Shown: positions 40,105 to 54,172 of the stretch, in pieces
Position numbering within the stretch: the first letter of the stretch is position 1
Layout: each line of letters opens with the position of its first letter
Assembly: GCA_038087875.1 (NCBI GenBank)
Contig: CM075990.1
Span: forward strand, 7,752,001-7,816,000
Source of the DNA: Malacoraja senta
Lineage: Eukaryota
DNA: 64,000 nucleotides
Direction of reading: 5' to 3'
Notes under the pieces: model-generated
What the model was told of the DNA's origin: nothing
Databases searched by the model: none
What the model saw: the letters and a program-made list of their open reading frames with translations, nothing else
Translations under genes and position numbers: made by a program

Positions 40105-40750
40105 GTCAAGAATATTTAACTTGTCATCTGTACTGACAATGGAGCAATGAAATTCTTACTTGCAGAAGCATAACAGGCCGACGCAGGGAAACACAATACA
40201 CATGGATAACGTATCATCTAACAAAACATATACAAAATCAATAACCACAATACTAGTGCACAAAAACACCTTTGGTACATTGAAGTTCATATTTGAGGTC
40301 AGTGTTGTATTCCAAAGCCTATGGTTGTGGCGAAGAAGCCATTTGTGAACCTGGTGTTCATGGATTTCAGACTTGTACCTTCTCCCAATGGTAGGAGTGA
40401 AATGAAAGTGCGGCCAGGGTGATGTGGTTCTTTGATATTGGCAGCCATTTTGTGGCATTGCCTCCTATATATCCCTTCAATGCTGGGGAGGTCGGTAGCT
40501 GTGATGGATCGGGCAGCGTTTACACCTCTACATTCTTCTTCAGTTCTGGGTGTTTGAGTTGCCGAACCAGGTCGTGATGCAACCTGTTGATATGCTCTCT
40601 ACCGTCCACCTGTAGAAGTTCAGGAGTATTTGTCAACGTGCCAAATCTCCCCCCAATGTTCTAAGGATGTAGAGGTGGTGATGGGTTAGCTTTGTAATGG
40701 CATCAATGTGCTTGGCCCAGGACATCTCTTCAGAGATGCGCACACCCAGA
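40105..40750 (-). mobile_element. Rex1/Babar-type LINE fragment
   Basis: IGRRYKS..HQV motifs and the same tail as the other copies. Confidence 0.6.
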
Positions 40751-42232
40751 AACCCGGTACTTCACTGAGGTTGAGTATGCCTCAACTCCGTACAGGTGCT
40801 GTCTGTATGGAGTTTGTTCATTCTCTCTGTAACGCCGTGGGTTTTCTCTGGGAACTCCGGCCTCCTCCCACACTCCAAAGACATACAGTTTGTAGGTAAA
40901 GTGACTTCTGTAAAAGTTGTAATTTGGCTCTAGTGTGTAGGATAGTGGTAGCGTACAGGATGATCGCTGGTCTGCATGGACCCGGTGGGCCGAAGGGCCT
41001 GTTTCCGTGCTGCATCTCTAAAGTCCAAAGCCCACATCATCTATAACTTGGCAGCACATAGATCTATCCTCATTCATAGATACAGGATCTGGAAATTGTC
41101 TGGGCTGGCCAGCATTTACTCCACCTTCCTTATTGGCCTTGACGATGGGGCCGAGTTACCATGTTGCTCTTCCCCTCTTCATTTTTGCTGTGGCACTTGC
41201 AGAGAACATCGGAGCCATCTTGTTGCTGGAAGCCTCCAGTAGCCCGGCCTGACCTGGAACAGGCCGCAGACTCCGTCCCTTGATGGATGTGAACCAGATG
41301 TGTTTTACAACAGTTTGGCAGCTTCATGATGACCAAGACTGGCTTATCTACTAATAGTATTTACCGTACATGTTTGTTTAATTAAGCTCATTTAATGAGC
41401 TGCATTTAAATTCCACAGTGACCATGGTGAGGTTTGAACATGTGCCTGGTTTATAGTCCACTCCATGGGATTGCTTGTAGTCTGAGACTAATGCAGCATG
41501 GAAACAGGCCCTTCAGCCCATCTTGTCCGTGAAGTCCATGTTGGCTACCTGAGCAAGTCCCATTTGCCTCCATTTAAAAAAAAAAAAAGACTTCACTTCT
41601 GCAACTTCCTTGGGCAGCTCATTCCATACACCCACCATCCTCTGAGTTGGTGAGAAAAAGTTCCCCCTTGGGTCTCTTTTAAATTTCCTCTCTCTCCTTA
41701 AATCTATGCCCTTTCATTTTAGACCCCTACCCTGGATGAAAAGACCTTTCATCTTGTCTTGTGCCTTGTAATTTTATAAACCTATTACTGCTCAAACGCC
41801 TATGTTTCAGGGGAAGAAGTACAGCCTACTAGTGTCCCCTTATCACTCGAAGTCTCTCGGTCCAGTAACATTCTGGTGAATTTTTGTCCAAAAAAAAACC
41901 TCAATCCAATTTGTGTGACAATTTCTCACAAACATGTTTTTCCTGACTATTCATAATCAGTCCTTGCCTTGATAAATGCTGGTAGATCATGTCCTTCAGA
42001 ATCCCCTCTAACTTTCCCACCTCTGATGTTAAGCTCACCGGTTATTAGTGCCCATGCAGCCCTTCTTGAATAAGGGCACTACATTCTCCACCCTCCAGTC
42101 TTGTAGCATCTCTCCAGCCAGAGGCTCCAATCTCTTCCCAAACTTCCCACATTGGCATGGAATGAATCCCAATGACTTCCCAATGAATCACCCATCTTGT
42201 TGTGCCTTCAGAAATTATCGAATACAACCCTT

Positions 42233-42263
42233 CTGAAGAAGGGGCTCGACCCGAAACGTCACC
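42233..42263 (+). ncRNA. Minimal hammerhead ribozyme motif in a Penelope-type repeat
   Basis: CTGAAGA-A-GGGGCTCGACCC-GAAAC-GTC-ACCC. Confidence 0.6.
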
Positions 42264-44090
42264 CATTCCTTCTCTGCAGAGATGCCGTCTGTCCCGCTGA
42301 GTTACTCCAGCATTTTGTGTCGATCTTCAGTGTAAACCAGCATCTGCAGTTCCTTCCTACACAGCCCATCTGTTGTTCTTCCCCATGTAACACTGTGTAA
42401 ATGGATGCACAGTCAGTGTCGGGGTTAAGTCTATCCTAGGGATATAATTAAATCAATGAGTTGTTGATGGAGCAGAAAAACAGGCCCTTTGGCTCACTCT
42501 GTCCACATCACCAATCAAACATCCATTTGCACTAATCCTTTTAATAATTTTATTCTTTCTTCATTCTCGGGTTCGATCCCAACTACGGGTGCTGTCTGTA
42601 CAGACTTTGTACGTTCTTCCCGTGATCTGCGTGGGTTTTCTCCGAGATCTTCGGTCTCCTCTCACACTCCAAAGAGGTACAGGTTTGTAGGTTAATTGGC
42701 TTGCTAAATGAAAAAAATTGTCCCTAGTGGGTGTAGGATGGTGTCAATGTGCAGGGATCGCTGGTCGGCGCGGACCCGGTGGGCCGAAGGGCCTGTTTCC
42801 GTGCTGTATCTCTAAACTAAAGTAAACACACGAGGGACAATTTACAGTCCTCTGCGTTGTAGGAGGAAATCAGAGCAGTCGGGGGAGATTCCTACCCAGG
42901 GGAGATTCCTACATGGCCCCAGGGAGAACATGCAAACTCCACGACAGACAGCACCCAAGGGCAGGATTGAACTTGATCCACTGGAATTGTGGGGCAGCGG
43001 CTCTTCGAGCTGCAACATTGTAGGAGGTGTAGAATCTATCCCAGTGTGCACTGTCTATCCCAGAGGTTTGTAGTCCCCCCCCCCCCCCACAGTCACTCTC
43101 TATGACTGAGCTTGCTGTTACAGCACCAGTCCAACAGCAAATGCAACGTCAAACATTGGCTTTTCGGAAACAAAAGACATAAAATGCTGAAGTACCTCAA
43201 CTGGTCAGGCAGCATCTCTGAGAAATCATGGGATGGGTGGCATTTCAGTTTGGGACACAAGTGCTGGAGTAACTCTGTGGGTCAAGCAGTATCTCTGGGG
43301 AACATGGATAAGTGACGTTTCAGGTCAAAATACTTCTTCAGATAGAAGAAGGCCCTTGACCTGAAACATCAGTCTGAAGAAGGGTCTTGACCCGAAACTT
43401 CACCTATCCACATTCTCTAGAGACGTGGCCTGACCTGACCTGCAGAGTTATTCCAGCAGTTTGTGTCCTTTTGTTTATGATCCAGCATCTGCAGTTCTTT
43501 GTTTCTCCATTTCAGGTTGGGACCTTTCCTCGGGCTCCATGTTCTTCAGAGTTGCTGGCTGACCCACTGAGTTAGTCCAGCACTTTTTTTTTTTTTTTGC
43601 TCAAGGCTCCTGCAGCTGCAGTTCCTTGCGTTTTTCTCTGCAATTGTCCGAGCTGGTTAACCTTCCAGGCAGTGAGAGGGAGGATACAATCGCGTGAGCT
43701 CTGACAGTTTTATCTGCGCTGGAGCCATCAGGCGATCACACACTGTCTGTATCTGATAAACCACTCTCGGTAAATAATGCTCCTTTCCAACAACTTAATC
43801 TCTGCCTCTGCTCGTTCCCTGGGGATGTGCTGGAAAGGAACAAAAGATTGGAGCAGGAATTTGCTGGGAGATATCAGTCGTAGACTCTGCTTTCTGAATC
43901 TGTTTTCACATGGGATTCACCTGCTGGGTTTTTTTTGTGCGCAAACCCAATCTTCATCAATGAAAATAACAAGTCAGTGGTGACAGGGAGGATCATACAA
44001 CTGATTAAAAGAAAGATAGGAAGGGTTTGTGTAACATCAATGGGACACTGGGAAAAAAAACATTCAGGGTGTCCTTGGATGAGGAAGTTA

Positions 44091-44856
44091 TGGGCCTGTC
44101 CCACTTGGGCGACTTTTTAGGCGACTGCAGGAGACTCTGTAGTCGCCACATGTTTGTGGCGGGTTGCCGGGGAGTCGCCTTCGTGGTCGTGAGGACTTCC
44201 CGCATTCTGGGAACTAGTCGAGGCCTCAGTATGGTGGCCGCGAATTTTTCAACATGTTGAAACATTAGCGGCGACTTGGAATGAAGCCGCCACGCAGAGT
44301 AGCGAGAATTCTCGTGTTGTAGGTGGGTCGCCAGGAGGTCCTAGTGGGTTGCCAGGAGGTCGAAGGTTCTCGTAGGTTGTAGCTGGCGCTGACCGGTGAA
44401 TTTCATTGGCTCATTGGGGGGGAAAAAAAAGTAAGCAGTAGTTTTCAGAACCAAGGATTACCGACCAGTAATGTTAAATGTCCGCCGAGCTTCACAGCCG
44501 TGTATCTCTGGCTTCTTAAACGTTGTCTCCCCACCTTCTCCCCCCCCCTTCTCTCCCCTTCTCCCTCTTTTAAAGGACTTACCGTACACTGTGCTTAAGC
44601 CGTCTTAATTACAGCGCCAATCTTCCTGTTCATCGCGGTGTGTGTCTGTATCACCTTGGCTTTGCACCGTGTGAATTTCACTCAGACAGCGCTCCCCCCC
44701 CGCTTGCCCTGTTCCCCGCCTGCATAACGGGCTGGTGGAGGAAGCGATGTGTGTGTGTGTTCCACTCTGACAGTCGCCATTCCAGTTGCCAGTTTTTCAG
44801 GCGACTGCCGGGGACTTAACAGTCGCCTGAAAAATCGCCTAAGTGGGACAGGCCCA
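44091..44856. mobile_element. Harbinger-type MITE (766 bp)
   Basis: TIR TGGGCCTGTCCCACTT / AAGTGGGACAGGCCCA; perfect TTA TSD (44088-44090, 44857-44859). Confidence 0.9.
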
Positions 44857-47800
44857 TTAAGGAGAGATTAAACATTTAGGATCTATCCTCTCTGGGGTTT
44901 AGAAGAATGAGAAATCGTCCACATGAAATGTACAACATATTCTGGAGCGAGGCAGGCAGAGAGGGTTCTCCCGACTGAGGTATCTAAAACCAAGGGTTTC
45001 TGTCCATAAATACGGGCTGGGCCATTCAAGACTGAAGTGAGAAGAATGGCTTCACCCGGAAGGTAATGAATCTTTAGGATTCTCTTTAGAAGTCAAAGAG
45101 GGAATGATAGATTATTGTTATTGATGCAATCCAGCGGTGTGGGTTCCATGCATGGGAAGTGGGCCTGAGTTAGAAGATGGGTTGTGATGTTATTGAATGG
45201 TAGAGCAACAAGGAGGGCTTCTTATGGCTGTTGGAGTGGGTAGCAGTGAACGGTGTCATTCCCCCTCCCTCAACCCTAGCTCATTCCCCAAAGCCACAAG
45301 CCAGGCTTGATAAGGCGAATAGTAAAACTCTGACCAGAGCAACCTCATTGAAACTTAGTGAAAGGCCTGGATAGAGTGGATGTGGAGAGGATGTTTCCAC
45401 TAGTGGGAGTCTAGGACCAGAGGTCACAGCCTCTGAATGAAAGGACGTTCCTTTAGGAAGGAGATGAGGAGGAATTTCTTCAGTCAGAGGGTGGTGAATC
45501 TGTGGAATTCATTGTCACAGATGGCAGTGGAGGCCAAGTCATTGGGTATTTTTAAGGCAGAGATATAGATTATTGATTGGTATGAGTGTCGGGGGGGTTA
45601 TGGGGAGAAGGCAGGAGAATGGGGTTAAGCTAGATCAACTATGATTGAATGGGGCGAATAGTATAATTCTGCCATTTGAAGGGGAGCCAATGACTGGCTG
45701 GGATTGGGAATGATTGTCTATCAATGACTCCATTCATACGTCTTGAGGTAAATGGAGGCTTTGAATGAGACCTGATGACTCCACTTTGGAATATAAATCC
45801 TACCTCTGCCGACTTCGCTACGGTTCACCCAATTAGATATCTTCTTGGATTTCTTAAATATGCTGATCATAAATACTTTAAGTATGGGCATTAATATTCA
45901 ATTCTTTGAAGGTTCTTGCGACGTTCCCACGGGAATCCTTCAGGCAGATTGCTTTCTGCGACAATTGTTGGGTTTCAAATCGGAACCGTTAAGCTTCAGT
46001 CTGGGATTTTTTTTTTCTTGTGCAACAGCTCAAGGCATTTTTTTCTAGTCCCAGGTAGCGCTGAGATCAAATGACCTTCAGATAGAAGCAGCATAACTAA
46101 TCTGAAGGAGTTTATCAGACGTACAGAAAAAGATGGGAAAATTCTGCAGAAAGTTCATCAAAGCCTTGTGAGCAGAATCCCCAATGTGTATCTGAGATTG
46201 CCAGCTTTACTATCTTCCCTTTTGTTGTATTTTCCTTTCTCGTTGTTTATTTGGGCCTCTTTTGTTTACATCTCCTCTGGGCAAGTTAGCTGCAATTAGT
46301 AAAAGCCTCCACCGCATATCACTCACGCCTGTGCCGTAGTTCTCAAGCTCCACCCTATACAAGGCAATCCCTCTTTTCTCCATCGACTGCATCTTAATGG
46401 AGATTTGACTCGTAGCTCTGCTCTCTGGTGTGAGGGAAGGCCAGCATCTTACAGTATCTTGGAAACAAGAGACTGCAGGTGCTGGAATCTGGAGGGGAAA
46501 AATCAAACTGATGGAAGAACTTGATTAGTACGAGTGTCGGGGGTTATGAGGAGAAGGTAGGAGAATGGGGTTAGAAGGGAGAGATAGATCAGCCATAATT
46601 GAATGACAGAGTAGACTTGATGGGCCAAATGGCCTAATTCTGCTCCTGTCACTTGTGAACTTCAGATACTGGAATCCTGAGCAAAATGCAAAGAGCCAGA
46701 GGAATTTAACAGGTCAGGTAGCATCCGTGGAGAGAATGGACAGACAACATTTTGGGTTGGGGCCCTTCATCATTCTGACCTACTGAGTACATCCTGTGCT
46801 TTATTTTTCTTTCTAATGGAAGAACTCAGTCGTTCAAGCAGCATCTTTGGACTTTAGAGACACAGTGTGGAAACAGGCCCTTTGGCCCACCAAGTCTATG
46901 CTGGCCAGCGATCCTGTACACTAACTCTATCCTACACACTAGAGGCAATTTTTACAATTTTTACCAAAGCCAATTAACCTACAAATATATGCATCTTTGG
47001 AGTGTGGGAAGAAATCTAAGCACCTGGAGAAAGCAAACACGGTCACAGGGAGAGCATAGAAACTCCAAACAGACAACACCTGTAGTCAGGGTTAAACCCA
47101 AGACTCTGATGCTGTGAGGTAGCAACTCTACCACATCACCACCATGTCACCAAAGTCAAAGGTCTGGTTAATGTTTTGGGTCGAGACATATTATTTTTTG
47201 AACTTGAGCCATACTTCTATTTCTTTCTCCACATGTGTTGGCAGAGCTGTGAGCATTTCATGCATTTTTAGGTTTTATTTCAGATTTCCAGCATCTGTAT
47301 TTTTCTGCTTATCAGTCAGCAGTTAGTTGAATACAAGAACCCAATACGTGCAGGAGGGAACTGCAGAGGCTGGTTTACACCAAAGTAATTGGTGATTTTT
47401 TGGGGTCGAGACCCTCCTTCAGACTGAGTCGGCCACTGAGATGCTGCCTGACCCACTGAGTTGCTCCAGCATTTTGTGTCTATCTTCATGAGAACTCAAT
47501 ACGTCCACACTCAGTTGCAAGTCCAATGGAAGTGATCTTTTGTAACTTTCCTTTTTTGATGAGGGTCAGGAATATGCATCACAGCTTTGATAAACACAAC
47601 TTGTAGAGAGAGTAGCAACAAAATTCCAACCTAGACTGCAAACTGGCTGCAAGAATTATAGCGTGTCTGGGTTTCGACCCGAAACGTTGCCTATTTCCTT
47701 TGCTCCATAGATGCTGCCTCACCCGCTGAGTTTCTCCAGCATTTTTGTCTACCTGCAAGAATTATAGATTGGGTGTTAAATGCAGTTATTAAGATGGGGG

Positions 47801-48057
47801 AGGGGGAAGCTTGGAAATTATATTCCACAAGGATATGAACTGGGTCAGCGCTGCTCACTATTTGCATAAATCATTCAGACTCCTGAATTTAAAATAAAAT
47901 TTTCATTTAGCACAAAATAGGTAATGGTGGTTAAGAGAGAGATTGTGAATCAATACAGGTGGGCATTGCAGAGTACTTCAACAAGGCTGGATATCCTCTT
48001 GAGCATTTGTACTCCAGTTGCAGTACTGTACACTGAGGCTATCTTGGTACAAAGAAC

Positions 48058-48400
48058 ATGGATGTGGAGAGGATGTTCCCACTAGTGGGAGAGTCTAGGA
48101 CTAGAGGTCATAGCCTCAGAATTAAAGGATGTTCCTTTAGGAAGGAGATGAGGAGGAATTTATTTAGTCAGAGGGTGGTGAATCTGTGGAATTCTTTGCC
48201 ACAGAAGACTGTGGAGGCTGTCAATTGATATTTTTAAGGCAGAGATAGATAGATAGATTCTTGATTAGTATGGGTGTTGGTGGGTTATGGGGAGAAGGCA
48301 GGAGATTGGGGTTCGGAGGGAGAGTTAGATCAGCCATGATTGAATGGCGGAGTAGACTTGATGGGCCAAATGGCCTAATTCTGCTCCCATCACTTATGAA
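48058..48400 (+). mobile_element. CR1-type LINE 3' end
   Basis: DVERMFPLVGESRTRGHSLRIKG.. plus tail GATGGGCCAAATGGCCTAATTCTGCTCC. Further copies near 7570, 20965, 45365, 49770 and 63800. Confidence 0.85.
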
Positions 48401-48510
48401 CATTACATGTATGTTTAAGAAAGAACTGCAGATGCTGGAAAAATTGAAGGTGGACACAAAATGCTGGAGAAACTCAGCGGGTGAGGCAGCATCTATGGAG
48501 AGATGGAATA

Positions 48511-48544
48511 GGCGACGTTTCGGGTCGAGGCCCTTCTTCAGACT
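48511..48544 (-). ncRNA. Minimal hammerhead ribozyme motif in a Penelope-type repeat
   Basis: Reverse complement AGT-CTGAAGA-A-GGGCCTCGACCC-GAAAC-GTC-GCC. Confidence 0.6.
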
Positions 48545-50564
48545 CTGAGAGGAGGAGAACACAAACTGTATCGTGTTTGGATAACCTAAATAGGGACGAT
48601 GAACAGAATGTCGGATTGGCTGATTACTGAAAGTCAGGCACATATTAAATGAACAATGGACCAACATAGGCATTCAGTTGCAGGCTTTGCTCTGTTCTGT
48701 ATCTTCCCACACCTCCAGTGTCCCCATTCCCCGACTCTCAGTCTGAAGAGTCTCTACCCAAAATGCCACCTATTCCTTTTCTCCAAAGATGCTGCCTGAC
48801 CTGCTGTGTTACTCCAGCTATCTCCGGTGTAAACCAGCATCTACAGTTCCCTATCAACTTAAGCTGTCAAAACTCGCTGAGTTACTCCAGCAATCTGTCT
48901 TTTTTGTGTATACTGACACCTGCAGTTCCTTGTGTTGACATTTTGCAGTTTCTGGTTGTATTTTAGAAAAGAATGAAATTTGCTTGATCAAGTAGAATAA
49001 AACCAGCTAAGAGATTATCAGGATCAGAACAATGGAAGAGGCTGGTTCCTTCGAAGACAAGCGATGAACCGATGGAGGTCTCTTGCGTGATAGAAGTGTT
49101 GATGGGATGGACAGTGTTTCCATTTGATGGTGAAGCTAGAAATGAAGTTATTGAATATCAAGCCGTCGCTGTTAAATCCCATGGGAAATTTAAGGAAACA
49201 TCTTTTCATCCACCAAATTGTGAGAAACCACTGATGCATCCAGAACCAGGGGCCACAGTCTTAGAATAAACGGGAGGCCATTTAGGACTGAGGTGAGGAA
49301 AAAAACGTTTATACCCAGAGAGTTGTGAATTTGTGGAATTCCCTGCCACAGAGGGCAGTGGAGGCCAAATCACTGGATGGATTCAAGAGAGAGTTAGATA
49401 GAGCTCTAGGGGCTAGTGGAATCAAGGGATATAGGGAGAAGGCAGGCACGGGTTATTGATTGGGGACGATCAGCCAAGATCGCAATGAATGGCGGTGCTG
49501 GCTCGAAGGGCCAAATGGCCTCCTCCTGCACCTATTTTCTATGTTTCTATTTAAGAAGGCTTGTGACAGACCACGGTGGAAAAAAATATATGTGGTATTT
49601 TTTAAATAAGACTAAGTGCTGGAGTAATTCAGCGGGTCAGGCAGCATCCCTGGAGAACTTGGACAGGTGACGTTTCCACTTGGGACCCTTCTTCAGGCTG
49701 AAAAATAGCATATAGATTTGTTAATCATGAAATGGGGATAGTTGGGTGGTAACAAATAATAATGAAAGGCATAGAGTGAATGTGCAGAGCATGTTTCCAC
49801 TGGTGGGAGAGTCTAGGTCCAGAGGTCGTAGCCTCAGAATTAAAGGGCGCTCTTTTAGAAAGAAGGTGAGGAGGAACTTCTTTAGTCGGAGGGTAATTAA
49901 TCTGTGGAACTCATTGCCACAGAGGGCTGTGGGGGCCAAGTCAGTGGATATTTTTAATGCAGATTCTTGATTAGAATGGGTGTCGAGGGTTATGGGGAGA
50001 AGGCAGGAAAATAGGATTAGGAGGCAGAGATCAGCCAAGATTGAATGGCGGAGTGGACTCGATGGGCCGAATGGCCTAATTCTACTCCTATAACTTGTGA
50101 ACTTGAGCTTGTGAACAGGTTATAAACACACTGTGGATGTTGGGCAGAATGGGCTTGTTCCTCGACTAAATATTTAACACTTCTCTTGAACTCTATTGTT
50201 TTACCACATTTGCTGCTCCCCTGATTATTATTTTTTCACTCAAATAAATTAAGTGGTCGTGCAATCCTGTTGCCTATGTTGAACTCGGGTGGATTTTGCA
50301 TCAATCCTGGTGCAAGGTTACAAATAATTCCTGGACAACCTTACAAGGAATGTCAGTCCAATAATCACATATCATACCATGAGACTGGTGGCAGGGTGAT
50401 GGTTTTGCTATCTGCTGGTCGGGGTGCTGACCATTTTACCTGTGCACGGAGAGGTTAATTGTCAGTGATGTGTTGTCAGCTGAGACTGAGCGAACCATCA
50501 GACCTGCCCCTCGATGTTCCCAAAATGCTGCTATTTAGGGGGCAGCGGGCGAGTTGCTGCCTTA

Positions 50565-51130
50565 ACACTGTCCCACTGATGCGACCTTTCAGCGACTGTC
50601 TTCGACCTTCAAGCTCGAGGACACTCGCCTGAAAAACCTCGAGCTGGATCGACCGTCAGTGATGAAACCGTGAGCTGGACGGTAAGTCCTTTAGAGGGGG
50701 GGGGGGGGGGGAAGGAAGGACTGGGGACACGTAAGAAGCCAGACAACTTATAATAAAGTTTAGCGGGCAAATTACCGGATCGGTTTTCCTTGGTCCTGAA
50801 AACTCCAATGAGCCAATTAAAATGCCCGGTCAGTGAAGGAGATTGCCTACGGCTGCCCTCGACTGCCTGTAACTACATAGTGACCCCACTCCACTGCACT
50901 ACGAGTTCAAAAGAACCATGCCGACCAATTTTTACTCGCGGAAAATTTTTCAACATGCTGAAAATGTTTCCTCGACCAAACTGAGGCCGAGAGTATGCGG
51001 GAACTTCCCTCGAGCATGCAGGAGAGTTCCAGTGACCTCATAGGACCACGTGTCGACCATGCTGCGAGTTTGAGTCGAGGGCAAACTCTTCTAAACTCGC
51101 AGATTAGGACGCTGCAGTGGGACAGCCCCT
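50565..51130. mobile_element. Harbinger-type MITE inserted in a SINE head
   Basis: ..CTGTCCCACTG / CAGTGGGACAGCCCCT ends; TTA TSD (50562-50564, 51131-51133); host GAGTTGCTGCC|TTA|CAGCGCCAGAGACCCGGG. Confidence 0.85.
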
Positions 51131-52194
51131 TTACAGCGCCAGAGACCCGGGATCCTAGACCATTGTGATCTTACCTAGGGGCAGAGGTGACTTGAGAAAG
51201 GGCCGTGGGTTGCACCTGGACTGGAGGGGAACTAATAACCTCTCGAGCACGTTTTGCTCATGCTTCATGGGTGGGGTTTAAACTGCACGGGGGAGGTGAC
51301 GGGATGCAGTGCAGGACTGGGCAGGTGAGGGGATGGAAGTTGGTACGGAACGTGATGAGGAGAATTGAGAGGACAGAATTGTCAAGAGCACGGCAGGGGA
51401 GGGAGGAAGGAGGGTCCCGACTCAAAACGTCACCCATCCTATTACCCCAGAGATGCTGCCTGACTCACAGAGTTACTCCAGCATTACGTGTCTTTCTTCG
51501 GGGTAGACCGGCATCTGCAGTTCCTTTCTCCACAGCAAGGAAGGACTGTTGGATTGAATTACATTTATTTAGATGTGAGAGGCCTGACATGAGAGGTGGG
51601 TGTGTATATGCGTGTGATTAGGACGATGTAGCCGCTACTCAAATCTGGGTACGCAAAGGGTGGTGGGTAGATGGGACGAGCTGCCAGAGGAGGCAGTTGA
51701 GGTTGATACTATAACCACATTGAAAAACTTTTGAAGGGTCTCGACCCAAAACGTCACCCATTCATTCCCTCCATCCAGAGATGCTGCCTGTCCCGCTGAG
51801 TTACTCCAGCTTTTTGTGTATCATCTTTGAAATACTTTTGGACACGAACATGGGTAGGAAAGGTTCACAGGGGTACCGGACAAATGCAGGCAAATGGAAC
51901 TAGCATAGATGGGGCATCTTGGTTGGCATGGATGAGCTGGGCCAAAGGGCCTGACTCCCTGCTGACTGATTCTATGACATGATGGATGCTTTCTCCAGGT
52001 ACTATGAAGCGTGAATGGAGTCTATGGTGGGGAGTCTGGTCAGTGTAAAGGACTGGGCTACATCCACAACTCTCTGCAAAAGCGCTGGTGATCTGGGTCC
52101 TCCAATCACACTTAAGGAAAAAAAAAAAAGGCATTTGAACTTTGAAACAAAACAGAAAACTATTGGGTGGCGCAGTGGTCGAGTTGCTGCCTAA

Positions 52195-52882
52195 AGGGGC
52201 TGCCCCACTGCGGCCACCTAATCCGCCAGTTCAGAAGAGTGTCTTCGACCTTCAAGCTCGAGGGCACTCGCCTGAAAAACCTCGAGTTGGATCGACCGTC
52301 AGCGATGAAACCGCGAGCTGGATTGACCGACCGTACGCACACGCAAACACATCGCAAGGGCGGGGACGCTGTCCGAAATTCACATCCGTGGTGAAGAGGA
52401 AGGTAAAAGATGGCTGCACAGTAACATTAAGCCCTTTAGAGAGCGCCGTGAGGGGGGGGGAGGGAGAAAAAGGGGGGGGAGAGAGAAATGGGGGGGGGAG
52501 GGAAAAGGAGTGGAGACACTTTTAACTTACCGGTCGGTTTTCCTTGGTCCTGAAAACTCCAATGAGCCAATGCCCAGTCAGTGATGGAGATTGCCTACGG
52601 CTGCCCTCGACTGCCTGTAACTACATAGCGACCCCACTCCACTACACTACGTTCAAAAGAACCATGCCGACCAATTTTTACTCGCGGAACATTTTTTCAA
52701 CATGCTGAAAAAGTTTCCACGACCCAGCTGAGGCTGCGAGTATGCGGGAACTTCCCTCGAGTATGAAGGAGAGTTGCAGTGACCTCATAGGACCTCCTAG
52801 GACCACATGTCGACCATGCTGCGAGTTTGAGTCGAGGGCAAACTCTTCTAAACTCGCAGATTAGATCGCCGCAGAGGGACAG
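52195..52882. mobile_element. Harbinger-type MITE, same family as 50565-51130, inserted in a SINE head
   Basis: Starts AGGGGCTGCCCCACTGCGG; ends ..CCGCAGAGGGACAG with the right end eroded. The SINE resumes at CGCCGGAGACCCGGG and runs to about 53125. Confidence 0.8.
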
Positions 52883-54172
52883 CGCCGGAGACCCGGGCTC
52901 GATCCTGACTGCGGGTGCTGTCTGTACGGAGTTCGTCCGTTCTCTCCGTGACCTGCGTGGGTTTTCTCTGAGATCTCCGGTTTTCTCCCACACTCCGTAC
53001 AGGTTTGTTGGTTAATTGGCTTGTTGTAATTGTAAATTGTCCCCAGTGTGTGTAGGATAGTGTTATTGTGCGGGGATCGTTGGTCGGTGCGGACTCTGGA
53101 GGGCCGAAGGGCCTGTTTCTGCGCCGAAACATGAATTGATTCTCTTTCAGCAGCTGCTGCCTGATCTGTGTTTCCTTTATTAGTTTTAATTCATTTTTGT
53201 AACATCTGTGGACATTTTGATTGGCATTCAAAGTTTTAACATAAAGGCCAGTATTACATAGATACATAGAAAATAGGTGCAGGAGTAGGCCATTCGGCCC
53301 TTCGAGCCTGCACCGCCATTCAATATGATCATGGCTGATCATCCAACTCAGTATCCCGTACCTGCTCTCTCCATACCCCCTGATCCCTTTAAGCCACAAG
53401 GGCCACATCTAACTCCCTCTTAAATATAGCCAATGAACTGGCCGTCAACTACCCTCTGTGGGCAGAGAGTTCCAGAGATTCCCTTTGAGTAGCAAATAAC
53501 CGCCCGTTGTACCTCAGCCGCCATCAGTTGTCCAGTCGGTGATACTGTGAGTATCACAGATGCTGCCTGACCTGCTCAGTTCCTCTCATCTCTCTTTCCC
53601 CCTCTCTCTCCATCTGACTTCCTCTCTCTCCATCCGACAAAGACACAAAGTGCTGGAGTAACTCGGTGGATCAGGCAGGTTCCCTGGAGAACATGGATAG
53701 GTGACCCTTCAGGTCTGGACCATTCTTCAGACCTGAAGAGTCTGAAGAATTGGGTTTGAGTTTATTCTCCTGTGCACCAATGTACAGTCGCGTGCTAACC
53801 AGTCAGCGGAAAGATAATAGATGATTACAATCGATCCATCCGCAATGTAGTCCACAAGAAGGGTCCTGACTTGAAATATCACCTATCCATGTTCTCCACA
53901 GATGCTGCCCGATCTGCCGAATTACTCCGGCACTTTGTCTTTTGTACACCCGCATCTGCAGTTCCTTGTTTCTACACCTCTCTCTCTCTAACTATTACTA
54001 TTTCCATCTAACACCCTTCACAGCATTTCTCACTTTCCTTTCATCTTTCAGATTTAATTTTAACCGTTTGAAAACATGAATATATTTTGCATAAGAATAG
54101 TTTCTTGCTGCAGCTTAACAGGCCTGTAGAGTCAGCAGCGGGGGTTGTGCTGTGTTCCAGTATTGTGCCATT

